From Tachypleus tridentatus (Eukaryota), in the NCBI RefSeq assembly GCF_004210375.1, contig NC_134837.1, positions 230,441,567 through 230,505,566 of the forward strand: 64,000 nucleotides of DNA, given 5' to 3'. Of this stretch, positions 53,076-64,000 are shown in pieces. Both the position numbers and the translations under genes were made by a program. A model generated the notes under the pieces. It saw only the letters and a list, made by a program, of their open reading frames with translations, had not been told where the DNA came from and made no database searches. Position 1 is the first letter of the stretch, and each line of letters begins with the position of its first letter.

Positions 53076-54398
53076 AATGTGTTCTAAGTTGTCATTTTGC
53101 AGTTGTGTTACATGTATTATGAAAACACAGTTTATGATACTGGTTTCATCCATTAGATATTAATCTAATTAGAACTGATGCTATGTAGGTATAAGTATAT
53201 TCCAAATGTAAAATAAGCTTAACCCATTTAAATAATCTTGTGCTAGGACATTGTGTAGAACTAATATTAAATTAAAATTCTAGTTAAATATAGAAATTAA
53301 AGTTCAAATAATGTCTGAGATGTCATTTATATATGCTTTTTTTTCTGATGTCCACCTCCATTGTTTAAGTTATTTCTACCAGTAAACTATTCACAAAGGC
53401 CTTAGTAAGTATTGAATTATTGGAAAAATCATAGAATATGTGTAAGGATAATTAGGATTGGTGAGTATATAGGCCTGAGTGATGTGCAATGATGTTTAAT
53501 TGTGGACCAATTTTTTTTCAGTGACTGTACAAAGTTAAATTAATTTGGTGTGTCAAATGGAACTTCATCGTCAATAATAGTGAACAATTTTTATTGTAAC
53601 TTCTTTCTTGAATGTTCTTTTACAGTTTTTTTTTCTGTGTGTGTGTTACACTAGAGACCATCAATAAATTTTAGTAAGTTTCTTATGGTGGTGTTAAAAT
53701 AAAACAGAAAATTAGTGAATATGTTCAAACAAAACTCATGAAATATACTTACAAGATTTATAGACATACAATAACAAAAAAATAAGATCCAAGACAAAAA
53801 AGTGTGTTTGTATTTTATTGTAAATTTTTAAGATTTCATAAGCTAACAATTTGTACAAATAAGCTCTACAATTATGGGTGTCCTTTGATACAGAATTTGC
53901 ATATTCTTCAGAAAGTTTTTGTTTCATGCAGTTTGATTATTTTTTGTGTTTAATGTAACAATCCATTTGTTGCAATATATTGATATTCTATATCTGGAGG
54001 AAACAATCCAGCTTCTTTGGGAATGCACTTTTTATGGTTATTAAATGTGCCACATCATCATATTATAAGTACTAAAATATCAGCTATTAAACTAAAGTCT
54101 AGTGTTTTTTAAAAATACTGAATCTTTTCATCAGTACAGAGAATACAACAACTGGTTTTGTTAATTGTTATTTAACTGGGAACTTATTTGGTACTAAAAA
54201 CTGTCATAGCTTAGTTATGAAAGATTATATTATGTGATCTATGTAGGAATAGTTTCAAACAATTTGTAAATGTTGATTTTTGTTTGAGTGATTGTTTATT
54301 TAAATAAGAATAATTTCTCCATTTCAGTTAACAAAAAGTATGTGGTGTAAAATTGGTTTAACAAAGTTTATCATATTTTGTATTCTATCCAATTTTAG

Positions 54399-54505
54399 GA
54401 CGAAGATATTTATGGTCACAAGCCACCACTAGATGAGCTACTGTTGAGTGAAGATGTGGATATTTTACCTTACATTGGGTATGAAGGAGACAATTCACAC
54501 TTGGG
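54399..54505 (+). CDS. VWA5A: Coding exon 11 (DEDIYGHKPPLDELLLSEDVDILPYIGYEGDNSHL(G))
   Basis: Acceptor aattttag|GAC at 54397-54398 and donor TTGG|gtaag at 54506. It ends in phase 1. Confidence 0.6.
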
Positions 54506-55513
54506 TAAGAAATATGTAAAGAGATGTTTAAAAAAAACTTTATTATAATAGTTTTTTACTTCCAAAAGAAATGCACGTATAGTTGCAGTAGTTTAAGATA
54601 TGTTGTATTGGAAGGAACTCATGGTTTCATTGTTTTATAATGATAATGTAACATTAATAGATGTTCAGTGCCAAATGACCATAAAAATCATATTGACTGG
54701 TTAATAATTTTAAATGATGTACCTAATTTGCTCAAAAAGATTGTAGCTGTTATCTCATACTAGATAAAACAACACTGTCATTTCTGGTAAGTGTACTCTG
54801 AATGTAAATCAAAATTCCTTGTTTTTGCATTATTATTTTACAAATTTGCAAATTTATTTTGCCTAAATCATCTTTTAACTTGTAGGTCACATGGCTGATT
54901 TGTATTAATTTGTCAAATAAATTGCTATTCAACTAGCTTTTAAATCTGTAATGGGCAAGTATAGAAAGTTAATATAACTTGCAAACCAGTGATGTGTCAA
55001 ATATCTCATCTTAGCCAGTGCTGCTTACTAAACTAATGTGGATTCCTATAAGGATTGAAACAGCTTTTCATACCTTGGTTATTATCAGTAGTAGTAATCA
55101 GAAGTTTATTCATGCTGCTTTCCAGCTTCTCTAAATCTCTATGAATGTATGTGTATTTTGTAATATAATTATTCATACTATTAATCATTAATAATTGCTT
55201 TACATGATAACTAGACTTAGATTAAAAGTAATAACAGTAGAATAATGCAGATGAGAACTAGAAGACCTAGAAATAGGTTTTAGCAGTATTGGTTGAGATT
55301 TTAAAGAGTTCAAAATTTATGCTGTATAATATTTATTTATTTAGTGTTAGACCACATATTGTCTATGTTAATTATACTTAAATTAACACTTAACATTTGT
55401 TTTTAGTTTGTAAGAAACAGTCAAGAATTTATCATGTGAAATAATATACAACAGGTTTTAGAAAGATGCAAATAATTGATTTTCTTTCATTAATTATATG
55501 TAATTTTTCAAAG

Positions 55514-57418
55514 GTATCTTGTGTACAACTTCAACCACATTAGAGAGTAATACTGGAGACCAGGAGAAGCTGCAGAGAAACTTTAATATGGAGTCCGATG
55601 CTGACAGTAGTGACGATTTTGGCTTTGGATATATTGATCTTTTCAATGATGACACGGATGTTAGGTTTAATGAATTAAATTCACCACCAGTGTTGAATAT
55701 TGAAAAACTGACTTGTGTAAAAAATTTTGAAGACAAGCTAGTGATGGATAAACCTTCTGCAGAGGATAAAGTTGATGGTGTAGATGTAGAAGCAAAACAG
55801 GTTCAAAGTCATAGTGAAATAACTAGAAAATTAGTAAGAAATGTAAAACACTTTCAGAACTCAACACTTACTGACCATCAAGATGTTAAATATCTTAATG
55901 AAGAGTTTGTATTAGAACCTGCAAAGGATGTTCTGCCTTTCAAAGCCAAAAAATCCAAAACCATGGCCTCAAGCCCCACTGTATCTCTTAATAGATTAGA
56001 ATTGAAAGAAAAGTTGACATCTAATGCATTAGTACCTTCATCTACTTTGCTTTCTGAATGCATTGATGAAACCATGGAAAAAAATGCTTCATTGACAACC
56101 AAGAAAACAGATATTAGACTTTCTACAGACAGAACTTGTGAATCATTATCACAAAGTCCAGAGACAAAATCATCATTAGATGAATGTGGAAAATCTGATT
56201 TGGACTCACTATCCACATCAAAGAACATTACTACACAAGCAGAAAGTACATCATCAGACATTTTTCAGAATAAATTAGAATTAGATAAAGCAAACACCAC
56301 CCTGTCATCAGCAACTTTATATGAAGCTCCAGTGGCTGAACTAGTTTCAACTCCACCCCAAATGAAAATGAAATCTCAACATGGAATGGTCAAAAAAATG
56401 GCAGCACCACCTCCACCACCACCATTCACATTGGCACAAAGTGCAGGTAGTTCTCCATCGATACAACCTTTACAAAGAAGAAAAGTTGTATATGCAGCAG
56501 ACTCTCCACTTCCGCAACAAATCACACCTGGATATTTAGCAGAATCAGGAACATGTGGTTTTAGTGACTCATCATTTCCTGCCTCATCTGGTCATCTGTC
56601 TATAGTGACATCAAGTACAGATATTTTTGGAGGTGTTCAATCTACAGTACCAATATTTAGTTTTAGGAATACAATATATCCTGCCTCTTCTGATCATCAG
56701 TCTGTAGTAACATCCAGTTCAGGTATTTTTGGAGGTGTTCAATCCACAGTACCATCAAGCACATTTAGTTTTGGGAATACAGTATTTTCTGCCTCATCTG
56801 ATAATCAATCTATAGTAACATCAAGTACTGGTATTTTTGGAGGTGTTCAATCTACAGTACCAACATTTAGTTTTGGGAATACCATATATCCTGCCTCATC
56901 TGATCATCAATCTAAAGAAACATCAGGTACAGGTATATTTAAAGGTACATATTCTTTTCCAACTGGTCTTCAGTCCACAACAACATCAAGCACATTTAGT
57001 TTTGGGAATAAAACATTCTCTGTTCCGTCTGATGATCAATCTACAGTGATGGTTGATAAAACTATGTCTGGAAATACATCAGTTTCATTCCCAACCACTT
57101 TATTTTCTGCAGAGCAAAATTTCCTTGATCTTTGGGGAGAGAAAAAAAATACAGAAGATAATAACTTTTATTTCTGTAATCTAAATATGTCAGAACAATC
57201 ACAAAATACCAGTAAACAAACAAGTAAAAAGAAAAATCTAAAATTCAAGTGTGTAGCTCCTAAACATAGATGTTTATCTAGCAAGATTAAACAAGCTAAG
57301 GTTGACAACACTGTTTTGTATGTGTCAAAGTATCAAAAGAATAATGAGGAGTTGATTCATCAAGAAAGTGACAGATTTGTTGAGGAAATAACGTGTCTTA
57401 TACTTCAAGCTCTTTCAG
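55514..57418 (+). CDS. VWA5A: Coding exon 12, giant 1905-bp exon encoding an acidic, Ser/Thr-rich low-complexity linker with a polyproline run and 34-36 aa FSFG/FGG tandem repeats
   Basis: Acceptor tttttcaaag|GT at 55512-55513. The open frame runs about 634 codons with no stops. Donor TCAG|gtaaga at 57419. The entry phase (2 bases) and exit phase (1 base) match the flanking exons exactly. Four to five tandem DNA units of about 102-108 bp lie at 56578-57060. Confidence 0.7.
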
Positions 57419-57779
57419 GTAAGAATGCTTGATATTTTTACTATTGCTGCTAATAAATACCATGGTGTAAAGTTAAAATTTTATTAAATAAATTGTTTAT
57501 TACTACAAAGTTTATAATATTATGATTAATGTTTTCAATTTAAAACAATATAGTTTGAGTGTTAACTATGAAACACTGACAAATTTAACATTGAAATCAA
57601 TACTCCAACTGATGGTTTTTTTGATGATAAGGCTCAAAATAAGCAGATTTACTGCTTAATAATAGTAAAATAGAGTTTATTGATTATACTGTGTATGCTA
57701 TTGTACTTTTGTTTTGAAGTAAAATGATTAAATTGTTAATTTATAAATTGTAAACAATTAACTTGACCTGTTATTTCAG

Positions 57780-57896
57780 ATATCTCCAATTTTAAAGGAG
57801 GGGGAGTTCCATTTACTTCTACCGTTCTTAAGCACCTGTATAAATTATCTTCTGATAACCTACAGCTAAAACAAGTATTGAAACACATTGAACATG
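57780..57896 (+). CDS. VWA5A: Coding exon 13 (DISNFKGGGVPFTSTVLKHLYKLSSDNLQLKQVLKHIEH(G))
   Basis: Acceptor ttatttcag|AT at 57778-57779; the leftover G plus AT gives D. Donor ATG|gtgagt at 57897. It ends in phase 1. Confidence 0.6.
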
Positions 57897-58798
57897 GTGA
57901 GTGAGAAAAACTGAGGATGTATGCAATATGAAGACAGTTTTTTATTTGGAGCCCCAACTTTGGTTCTTTGAAAGTTATAATTAAGTTGAAGTTGGATTTT
58001 AGGGGAGTTTACAATTTGTACAAAGACAGACAAATAATCTCTTCCTAATGAATAATCATGATCTAATTAATATAACAAATGCCTTTCACTCAACAGGAAT
58101 GAGATATTTTCAAGTTTTTTTTGTGTTTTTTTCTGTTATCTAAAAGTACATTCTTCATACTATTAGAAAACATTATGTATGTAGAATGACTTAAATATAT
58201 TTCAATACAAAAAAGAGCACTTTGCTGCAAGCTTAAGTATTATACATACTTTTAAAATTAAACACAGTATCTTGTATAACATTACAGTAAGGCTAACAAT
58301 AACTTTAACCAATTTTCCCTGTAAAAATTATCAGTCTTATTGTGATGTCACATAAACTGCCAGTTTGTAGATGATACCTTGTTGACATAAGGTATCATAT
58401 ACTATGACAAACACTACAATGCACATTAAACTAAATTATTGACTTTGACTGGTTTTTCTGATAACCTTTGGAGATGCTTAGGCTTATGATTAATTATAAA
58501 ATAACATCATAAATATAATAAAGAAAAAAAGAATTGGGCTTCTTAGGAAACAAATAACTAGTCAGTTCATTGCTTGTTTTGTTTTTTTTCTCTCATTAAT
58601 TTTGAATGGCTGTTATGTCTGTTGAAAGATGTTTTTCGTGAACTTTTATAGGATTATATAGGTGCTCTGTTTTCTGCTTGATTAAACTTTCTCTTTTGAG
58701 ACAGAGGTACATAGTTTTTCTTTTCTAGAATTCAAGTTAAATATCACTTAAATATAAATTACAATATGATTTTATGTGAATGTATTATACTTCCATAG

Positions 58799-58905
58799 AT
58801 TTGTCATCAGAAAACACAAAAGGAGAAGAGTCAGTAGCCAAAGAAAAAGGAAGAATAAATGAAGGTGGACAGTTTATCATGGACTTGAGGTTATGCCAAA
58901 AGAAG
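58799..58905 (+). CDS. VWA5A: Coding exon 14 (DLSSENTKGEESVAKEKGRINEGGQFIMDLRLCQKK)
   Basis: Acceptor ttccatag|AT at 58797-58798 and donor AAG|gtaagg at 58906. It starts in phase 1 and ends in phase 0. Confidence 0.6.
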
Positions 58906-59705
58906 GTAAGGATTTATTTCTGGTACGTGAACTTACATTTGCAGCTGAAAATTGCATATGACACTGCAGCAATATAACATGTAATATGGATAGGACTTTT
59001 TCCCTCTAGGAACAACTGGAATGGGAGCTGTGTGTCTAGTCCATGCATTATATATAAATTTGCTTATATGATAATTTGGAAACCTATTATCACTGGTATG
59101 ACATTATTTAAATTGGTTTCTGACTTTATGGTGAGATAGTTATTAATTACCAGTTGGTGTTCTCTAAAAACCTATATTTCATTTGCTTTTCAAATCATAG
59201 TGAAGAGCTCAGTTCCTAGAAACAAGTTTAATAATGTAGCAAAGGAGATAAAAATTTGGTCTTTCTTAAAGCAGTTGTCAGAATCTTGAGTCAAAAGAAC
59301 AACTTTTGATAAAGTACGTGATAATATATCTAGAATTTAGTGAATGTATAGATAGGAGACTGAATAGAGTATGCCTCTTACATCTTATGATATCAAATGT
59401 TAAATTTATTCTCACTGTTTATCTTCCGGGAGGAATATTTTTCATAGCTATTGATGTTTATTAAGAATTTAGTTGGTGCTCTTTAAGTAGGATGTGGTTT
59501 CATAATTTAAATGAATTTTTCAACTTCTAAGACATGATGTTGTACATTTTAACAGTGGTAGATTTATTAGGACCTAAGCTAAATGTTCTAATCTTAACTC
59601 TTAAAAACTTTTTTGTATGATAATACAAATGTTTTTGGTTTCTGTCTTATGTTTAAAATGTGTTATGTATTAATTATAACCTGACAGACTGTTTTCTATT
59701 TGCAG

Positions 59706-59799
59706 CAGGGATATTGGAATGAAGAAGATTGTATACAGCTACATATTTTGAAAAACTCTATGATGCCTGAGCTAGAAACTGAAGGAATTGGATCATTAG
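59706..59799 (+). CDS. VWA5A: Coding exon 15 (QGYWNEEDCIQLHILKNSMMPELETEGIGSL(G))
   Basis: Acceptor ctatttgcag|CAG at 59704-59705; a NAGNAG alternative sits at 59707-59708. Donor TTAG|gtaaca at 59800. It ends in phase 1. Confidence 0.6.
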
Positions 59800-60023
59800 G
59801 TAACACTTATACTATGTGAAAATTCTTGAATTTTAGGAAAAAGCTTCAAGCACATACTGATATTTTAAATAGACTTTTTGTAATAGTAAACATAATAATT
59901 ATTCCCAAGAAACCTTAGCATTTCTTATGTAAATAAAAATCTTTTATATATTTTATGAAAACTAACTTATTGTTCTCTTTAAACTGTAATGATTATTGTG
60001 TAACAATGTCTATTTTTTTTAAG

Positions 60024-60373
60024 GCACGAAAGTTTCTGTCAGCATTCTTCGTTTATTGTCTTCACTAGCTGTGTTGTCATACTTAGTCATTCACAACAGA
60101 CTACTGCAAGAAACTTTAAAAAAGGCTTCACAGCAACCAATGACTGTTGAGATCCTGGAAGAACTGTCAAAGAAATGTGCTGAGGTGTTGATTAAAAATT
60201 TCCCAGTGAGTTTATGGCTGATAAAAGCTGTGGTTTATATTTGTGCACAAGATAAAAGTTACTCATGGGTTTGTAGCTCCTTGGGGTGCAGACAGAGTTG
60301 GGAGAAATTTATCTTAAAATATATTGATTTATCTAAAACATTTCATACCAGTCTGATGTGGGAGCATGTGTGA
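60024..60373 (+). CDS. VWA5A: Terminal coding exon 16 (…TKVSVSILRLLSSLAVLSYLVIHNRLLQETLKKASQQPMTVEILEELSKKCAEVLIKNFPVSLWLIKAVVYICAQDKSYSWVCSSLGCRQSWEKFILKYIDLSKTFHTSLMWEHV*) with stop codon TGA at 60371-60373
   Basis: Acceptor ttttttttaag|GC at 60022-60023; the leftover G plus GC gives G. The open frame runs to the stop at 60371. The hydrophobic tail is VWA5A-like. Confidence 0.65.
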
Positions 60374-60644
60374 AATAAGACACACATTTCTTCTCATATG
60401 AAAATGTACTAAATAATTAAGGATAAATTATCAGGTAGTCTATGAGTAATTCTGTTGATATGTATGTAAATTAGATGGCATATATGTCCAGTTGTTTGAT
60501 TTTTTAAATAATTTTAATTGTATAAGATAATAAGTATCTTTTTTGCTGTTTCAGTTGAACTATATATAATTTTTTTGCAAAATGAAATCAAACAGTTTTT
60601 GATTGTATCATTCTCAAAATGTACATGATGTTTATGCTAATACA

Positions 60645-60650
60645 AATAAA
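60645..60650 (+). other. Candidate polyadenylation signal AATAAA about 270 nt after the stop codon
   Basis: AATAAA hexamer in the 3' flank of the terminal exon. This is one of several AT-rich candidates. Confidence 0.25.
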
Positions 60651-60789
60651 TATACAAAAATAGAGTGATTTGAGATTACTGTATTAATGTTGAACACTTT
60701 GTTAAGTATTTCTCCATTGTGATATTAATAATCATTACATTTCATTTTGACTAATTCTACCATTTATGTTCCATGAATCTATTTTAATT

Positions 60790-60910
60790 TAAGACGTAAT
60801 AGGTTTTCTCATACTGCTAAAAATTAGGCCTAGGATCTTCAGAAAGTTATAGATTTCAACCTACTAGGTATTTCTAATACTGCTAAAAATTAGGCCTAGG
60901 ATCCACAGAA
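60790..60910. repeat. Short tandem duplication of about 60 bp, 2 units, in the 3' flank
   Basis: ctcatactgctaaaaattaggcctaggatcttcagaa… is followed by ctaatactgctaaaaattaggcctaggatccacagaa…. Confidence 0.7.
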
Positions 60911-62199
60911 TTTGGGAAATTGAAATAAAGAAGATACTTTCACCTGACGAAAACATAACTATGGTTTTAGTAAAAACATATAGAAACGTATTTTTGATGG
61001 CAACGTAAATTAGGAAAAATGCTTGAATTTAGATTTGACTAGACTACATTTTTCTATTGTATTCAGTCAGGCCTTTTAGCTGGTAAGGGCCAACTAATAG
61101 GTGGAAATTTTGAAATCATGTGTATACCAGAATTTTGTTGAGAACGTGGAAATGGAATGTCCTGTGCTTGATGTTGGCACTGCTCAACTTTCTACAGAAA
61201 GCATGATGCTTATCTGTAAAACAGTAATAGTAAAACCAATCAGTGTGTATGTCTCTGTAAAAATTTCCCTAGTAGTCAAACTTGTTAAGTAAATTGGTTA
61301 CGTTATCAGTGCTGTGAAGTAGCTTTATGTTATTAATAACTAATATATTTTGGAGATACTTAGTTTAGCTGCAGTTTGGAAATTTGTTTATTAAAGCATG
61401 GAAAGCAGATCTTTTCACTCTGAAATGCAGGTATTTGCTTTAAAAAACATTATTTCTTATTATAAGTAAAGTACTATTATTACCTATGAATTGTTCACAT
61501 CTACAAATAAATATTATGAACAAGGTACACTGCTTTTGATGATATATATAAGTAAAACTATTTTATTCAAATATTTTATTAATAACAATAATATATTTCA
61601 AATAATACAGCTTTCCATATGCACAAAAGCAAAGACATTTTATTAATGCCAATGGGTGTTTGAGTCACGTTATTAAATTACATATTATAGTTTAGAAACT
61701 TTATCTCATAAATGTATATTTTGCTATAAAGAAGAGTGATATAGATTCCATCATGTTGTGTTTTCATTAATGTTGGTTTTGATTTTTAGTTTTAGGAGTT
61801 CAGGGAAGCAAGTGTACTGTTTTGGTATGGATTTCTGTCATTTAAGAAAAATTACATTTATAAAATAAAATAAAAATCTGACTTCTTAATTTCAATACTC
61901 AAAACTACTGGACAGATGGTTGCTATAAATGTATACTTTGAAACATTGAGATAAGCATTTACTGATATGCAAATTCGGAAATATTTTAGGGTAGTATATA
62001 TATACAGTCGATTGGCTGTTTTCGAAGTATGTGTCACTTATTGAACGTGAGATTTTCGTGTTTTGTGCACAATTTGCTTAAAAATTTATTGATGACCTAT
62101 TCAAAGTAGTTCGTATACATAGTAAAGTAATTGGACTCGATCTATATCTATATTAACTTTGTTTTGTCTGTGATAAGCCTAAACTTTTGAGTGACTTGT

Positions 62200-63150
62200 G
62201 AATACGTTGTAAAATTAAACAGTATAAGATTAACATTAACAACTAAAATTAGCTAATGTGAAGGCTAAGCAACTGATTGTCCATCTGATTAGTGCACTAG
62301 ATCTGGTTTCCAACTGCTGGATAATGAAAGTAGTTTTCTAAGAGTTCTTTCCACACTCGGAAATGACATTATAAATTCTGCACCACATCATTTGACTTGT
62401 TAAATACAGCTGCTGTTTTCAAGAGGCTTGAAAAGAGGATAACAGTGGGAGAGGCCATCTATGTGAATGATATAATAATTTTTGGTCACATGTTTCAAGC
62501 CACAAATGAGAGGATAAGAATGTTATTCCAGATCTCCAATGATTCAGGCTTGAGCTTTAAACCAGAAAAGTGTGTCTTCATGCACGTGGAAGTGTAATTT
62601 ATTGGTTACACAATGAATGGAGATAGTATCCATTGATCCTGTGAAGTTTAAGGTAATCTAGGACTAGACCAGCTGGACACCAAACAAGAAACTTGTGTCT
62701 TCATTGTAGTGTAAAATGCGTCACTGAAATGGCTGACAAACTTCCGTAAATATTGAAGGCATGTATTTCATGTGGAACAATGATACTATAGCCTCATTGT
62801 ATAATGCTGTTTGGATCAGTAAATGTCCGATCATCGAATATTCTGCTTCTAAACTGTGTGAAAGTCAAAGTTTTTGCAGTGAGGATGAATGACATGAACA
62901 GTGCATTCTATGTTTGAATGGACATTACAAGTGACTAATTTTCGTGTAAAACAGTGGAAGTGTGTTTCCATCACTCACAAGTCATTTTAGTAAAGATGAT
63001 GTAACATTGTATCATCATCATCATCAACCAACCAGCACGATATTAACAAACACTGATATAGCTAATTACACTCAGAGCTCTAAGGTTTTGACATCACTAG
63101 GTCCAGGAACTGAAAAGACGCTTAATTCTAGTACATATCTTGAACAGTAG
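62200..63150 (+). mobile_element. LTR-retrotransposon-type pol (RT) fragment
   Basis: Translation contains RT motifs: …LISALDLVSNCWIMK… (SKLDL.SGY.QI), IYVNDIIIFGHMFQATNERIRMLFQISNDSGLSFKPEKCVFMHVEV (YxDD box…KC.F) and a downstream RNase H-entry-like segment. It is interrupted by stops and is truncated at 63180 by the foldback-family copy. Confidence 0.5.
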
Positions 63151-63179
63151 TATGAACGTAATATCACTTGATGATAAGA

Positions 63180-63370
63180 AACTCACTTTCAAATAAAAGT
63201 ATATCACAGAACGGCTAGTATGTGGTTTTAACACTTTTACTAATGAAACAGAAAACAACGTTTCGACCTTCCTACGTCATATTCAACTCAAGAAAGAAAG
63301 AGTTTGCAACTGACTGTTGCCGGGCGCATGTCATAGGGATGAGATTATAAACGGGTACGGGATTATAGGC
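63180..63370. repeat. Partial copy of the 40530-40700 foldback-family repeat
   Basis: actcactttcaaataaaagtatatcacagaacggct…gaccttcctacgtcatattcaactcaagaaagaaagagtttgcaactgactgttgccgggcgcatgtcatagggatgagattataaacgggtacggga is collinear with 40530-40700. This copy retains CpGs where the 40.6 kb copy has TpG or CpA. Confidence 0.7.
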
Positions 63371-63585
63371 GGCGTTGTAATTAGATGTTAAATTATCAAT
63401 TTGTATAGATATAAAAAGAGTTCCTTAATATTGGTTTAATTTTCCTTTTAGTTGTTGTATAAGTAGGGCTTTTTTTATTTGGGGTTTGTTTATATTTGTT
63501 TCCTTATTTAGTATCTGGAGGTTTTCTATGATTATATGTTTATTTGTTTTACAGTGTTCAAGAACATGTGAAGGTGTTTTGTGTG

Positions 63586-63600
63586 TGTGTGTGTGTGTTC
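63586..63600. repeat. (GT)n microsatellite
   Basis: gtgtgtgtgtgtgtgt seen directly. Confidence 0.9.
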
Positions 63601-63659
63601 TTTGAAGCTAGTTTCTTTTTTTTTCTATTTGCTTCTGCAATATAAATGTCGTGGCAGTT

Positions 63660-63990
63660 GTTGGATTGTATGTTATATATCATATTGGTGTTGTGTTTGA
63701 CAATGTAGGCCCAGCATGGTTAGGTGGTTAAGGCATGAGACTCGTAATCTGAGGGTTGCAGGTTCGAATTTCCGTCACACTAAACATGCTCACCCCTTTA
63801 GCAAGGGGGGACATTATAATGTTACAGTCAATCCCACTATTCGTTGATAAAAGAGTAGCCCAAGAGTTGGTGGTGATGACCAGCTGCTATCCATTTAATC
63901 TTACACTGCTAAATTATGGATGGCTTGTGTAGACAGCCCTCGAGTAGTTTTGCACGAATTTCAAAAACAAACAATTAACTTGAAGATTAC
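63660..63990 (+). mobile_element. tRNA-derived SINE, copy 2
   Basis: Homologous to 51430-51760. It contains the A-box TGGTTAGGTGG and the consensus B-box GGTTCGAAT. It shares the leader ttggattgtat…gtgttgtgtttg.ca.t.taggcccagcatggt. Confidence 0.75.
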
Positions 63991-64000
63991 CCCATACCAG

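Noticed and set aside
55878-56261. 127-aa minus-strand ORF antisense to exon 12
   Set aside because: Antisense frames of Ser/Thr-rich coding sequence are commonly open. The + strand frame is supported by splice-phase continuity with flanking exons.
56837-57049. 70-aa alternative + frame ORF inside exon 12
   Set aside because: Out of frame relative to the exon-phase-supported reading frame. An artefact of repetitive low-complexity sequence.
1-64000. Possibility that the window encodes a prokaryotic or phage system such as defence islands, operons or CRISPR
   Set aside because: The sequence has spliced exons with GT/AG boundaries and polypyrimidine tracts, about 30% GC with CpG depletion, and metazoan TE families (piggyBac, jockey-like LINE, DIRS, hAT-Buster, tRNA-SINE). 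There is no operon-like gene density. The ORF track's TTG/CTG starts are artefacts of the ORF finder.

Overview
This window is not prokaryotic. It is AT-rich (about 30% GC), CpG-depleted animal (metazoan) genomic DNA, most likely from an invertebrate. Nearly the whole window is one large multi-exon protein-coding gene on the + strand. Its 5' end is incomplete: the first about 30-35 codons lie upstream of the window. I mapped 16 coding exons from 1726 to the stop codon at 60371-60373, all with canonical AG/GT splice boundaries and consistent phases. They encode an N-terminal VIT domain followed by a von Willebrand factor A (vWA) domain carrying a DxSxS metal-binding (MIDAS) motif; the tail is identified as VWA5A-like only from my recollection of the human VWA5A sequence. 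This architecture and the residue-level similarity match vertebrate VWA5A (BCSC-1); VWA5B and the ITIH/PARP4 VIT-vWA family are the alternatives. Exon 12 (55514-57418) is an unusually large 1.9 kb exon. It encodes a Ser/Thr-rich low-complexity linker with a polyproline run and a recently amplified array of 34-36 aa FSFG/FGG repeats, nucleoporin-like, that is absent from the vertebrate homologue as I recall it. The introns are a transposable-element graveyard. They hold a piggyBac transposase fossil, a jockey/CR1-like LINE (gag knuckle, APE endonuclease, RT) followed by a second LINE RT fragment, a DIRS-like retroelement fossil and a Buster/ZBED5-like hAT transposase fossil on the minus strand. 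They also hold a mariner-like fragment, an LTR-retrotransposon pol fragment, two copies of a tRNA-derived SINE, a foldback element, a small TIR-MITE, a 59-bp satellite with 118-bp higher-order structure, several dispersed repeat families and (TA)n/(CA)n/(GT)n microsatellites. There are no CRISPR arrays, rRNA genes, functional tRNA genes or prokaryotic defence or operon structures. The six-frame ORF track uses alternative start codons (TTG and similar), and most of its short ORFs are noise in intronic DNA.
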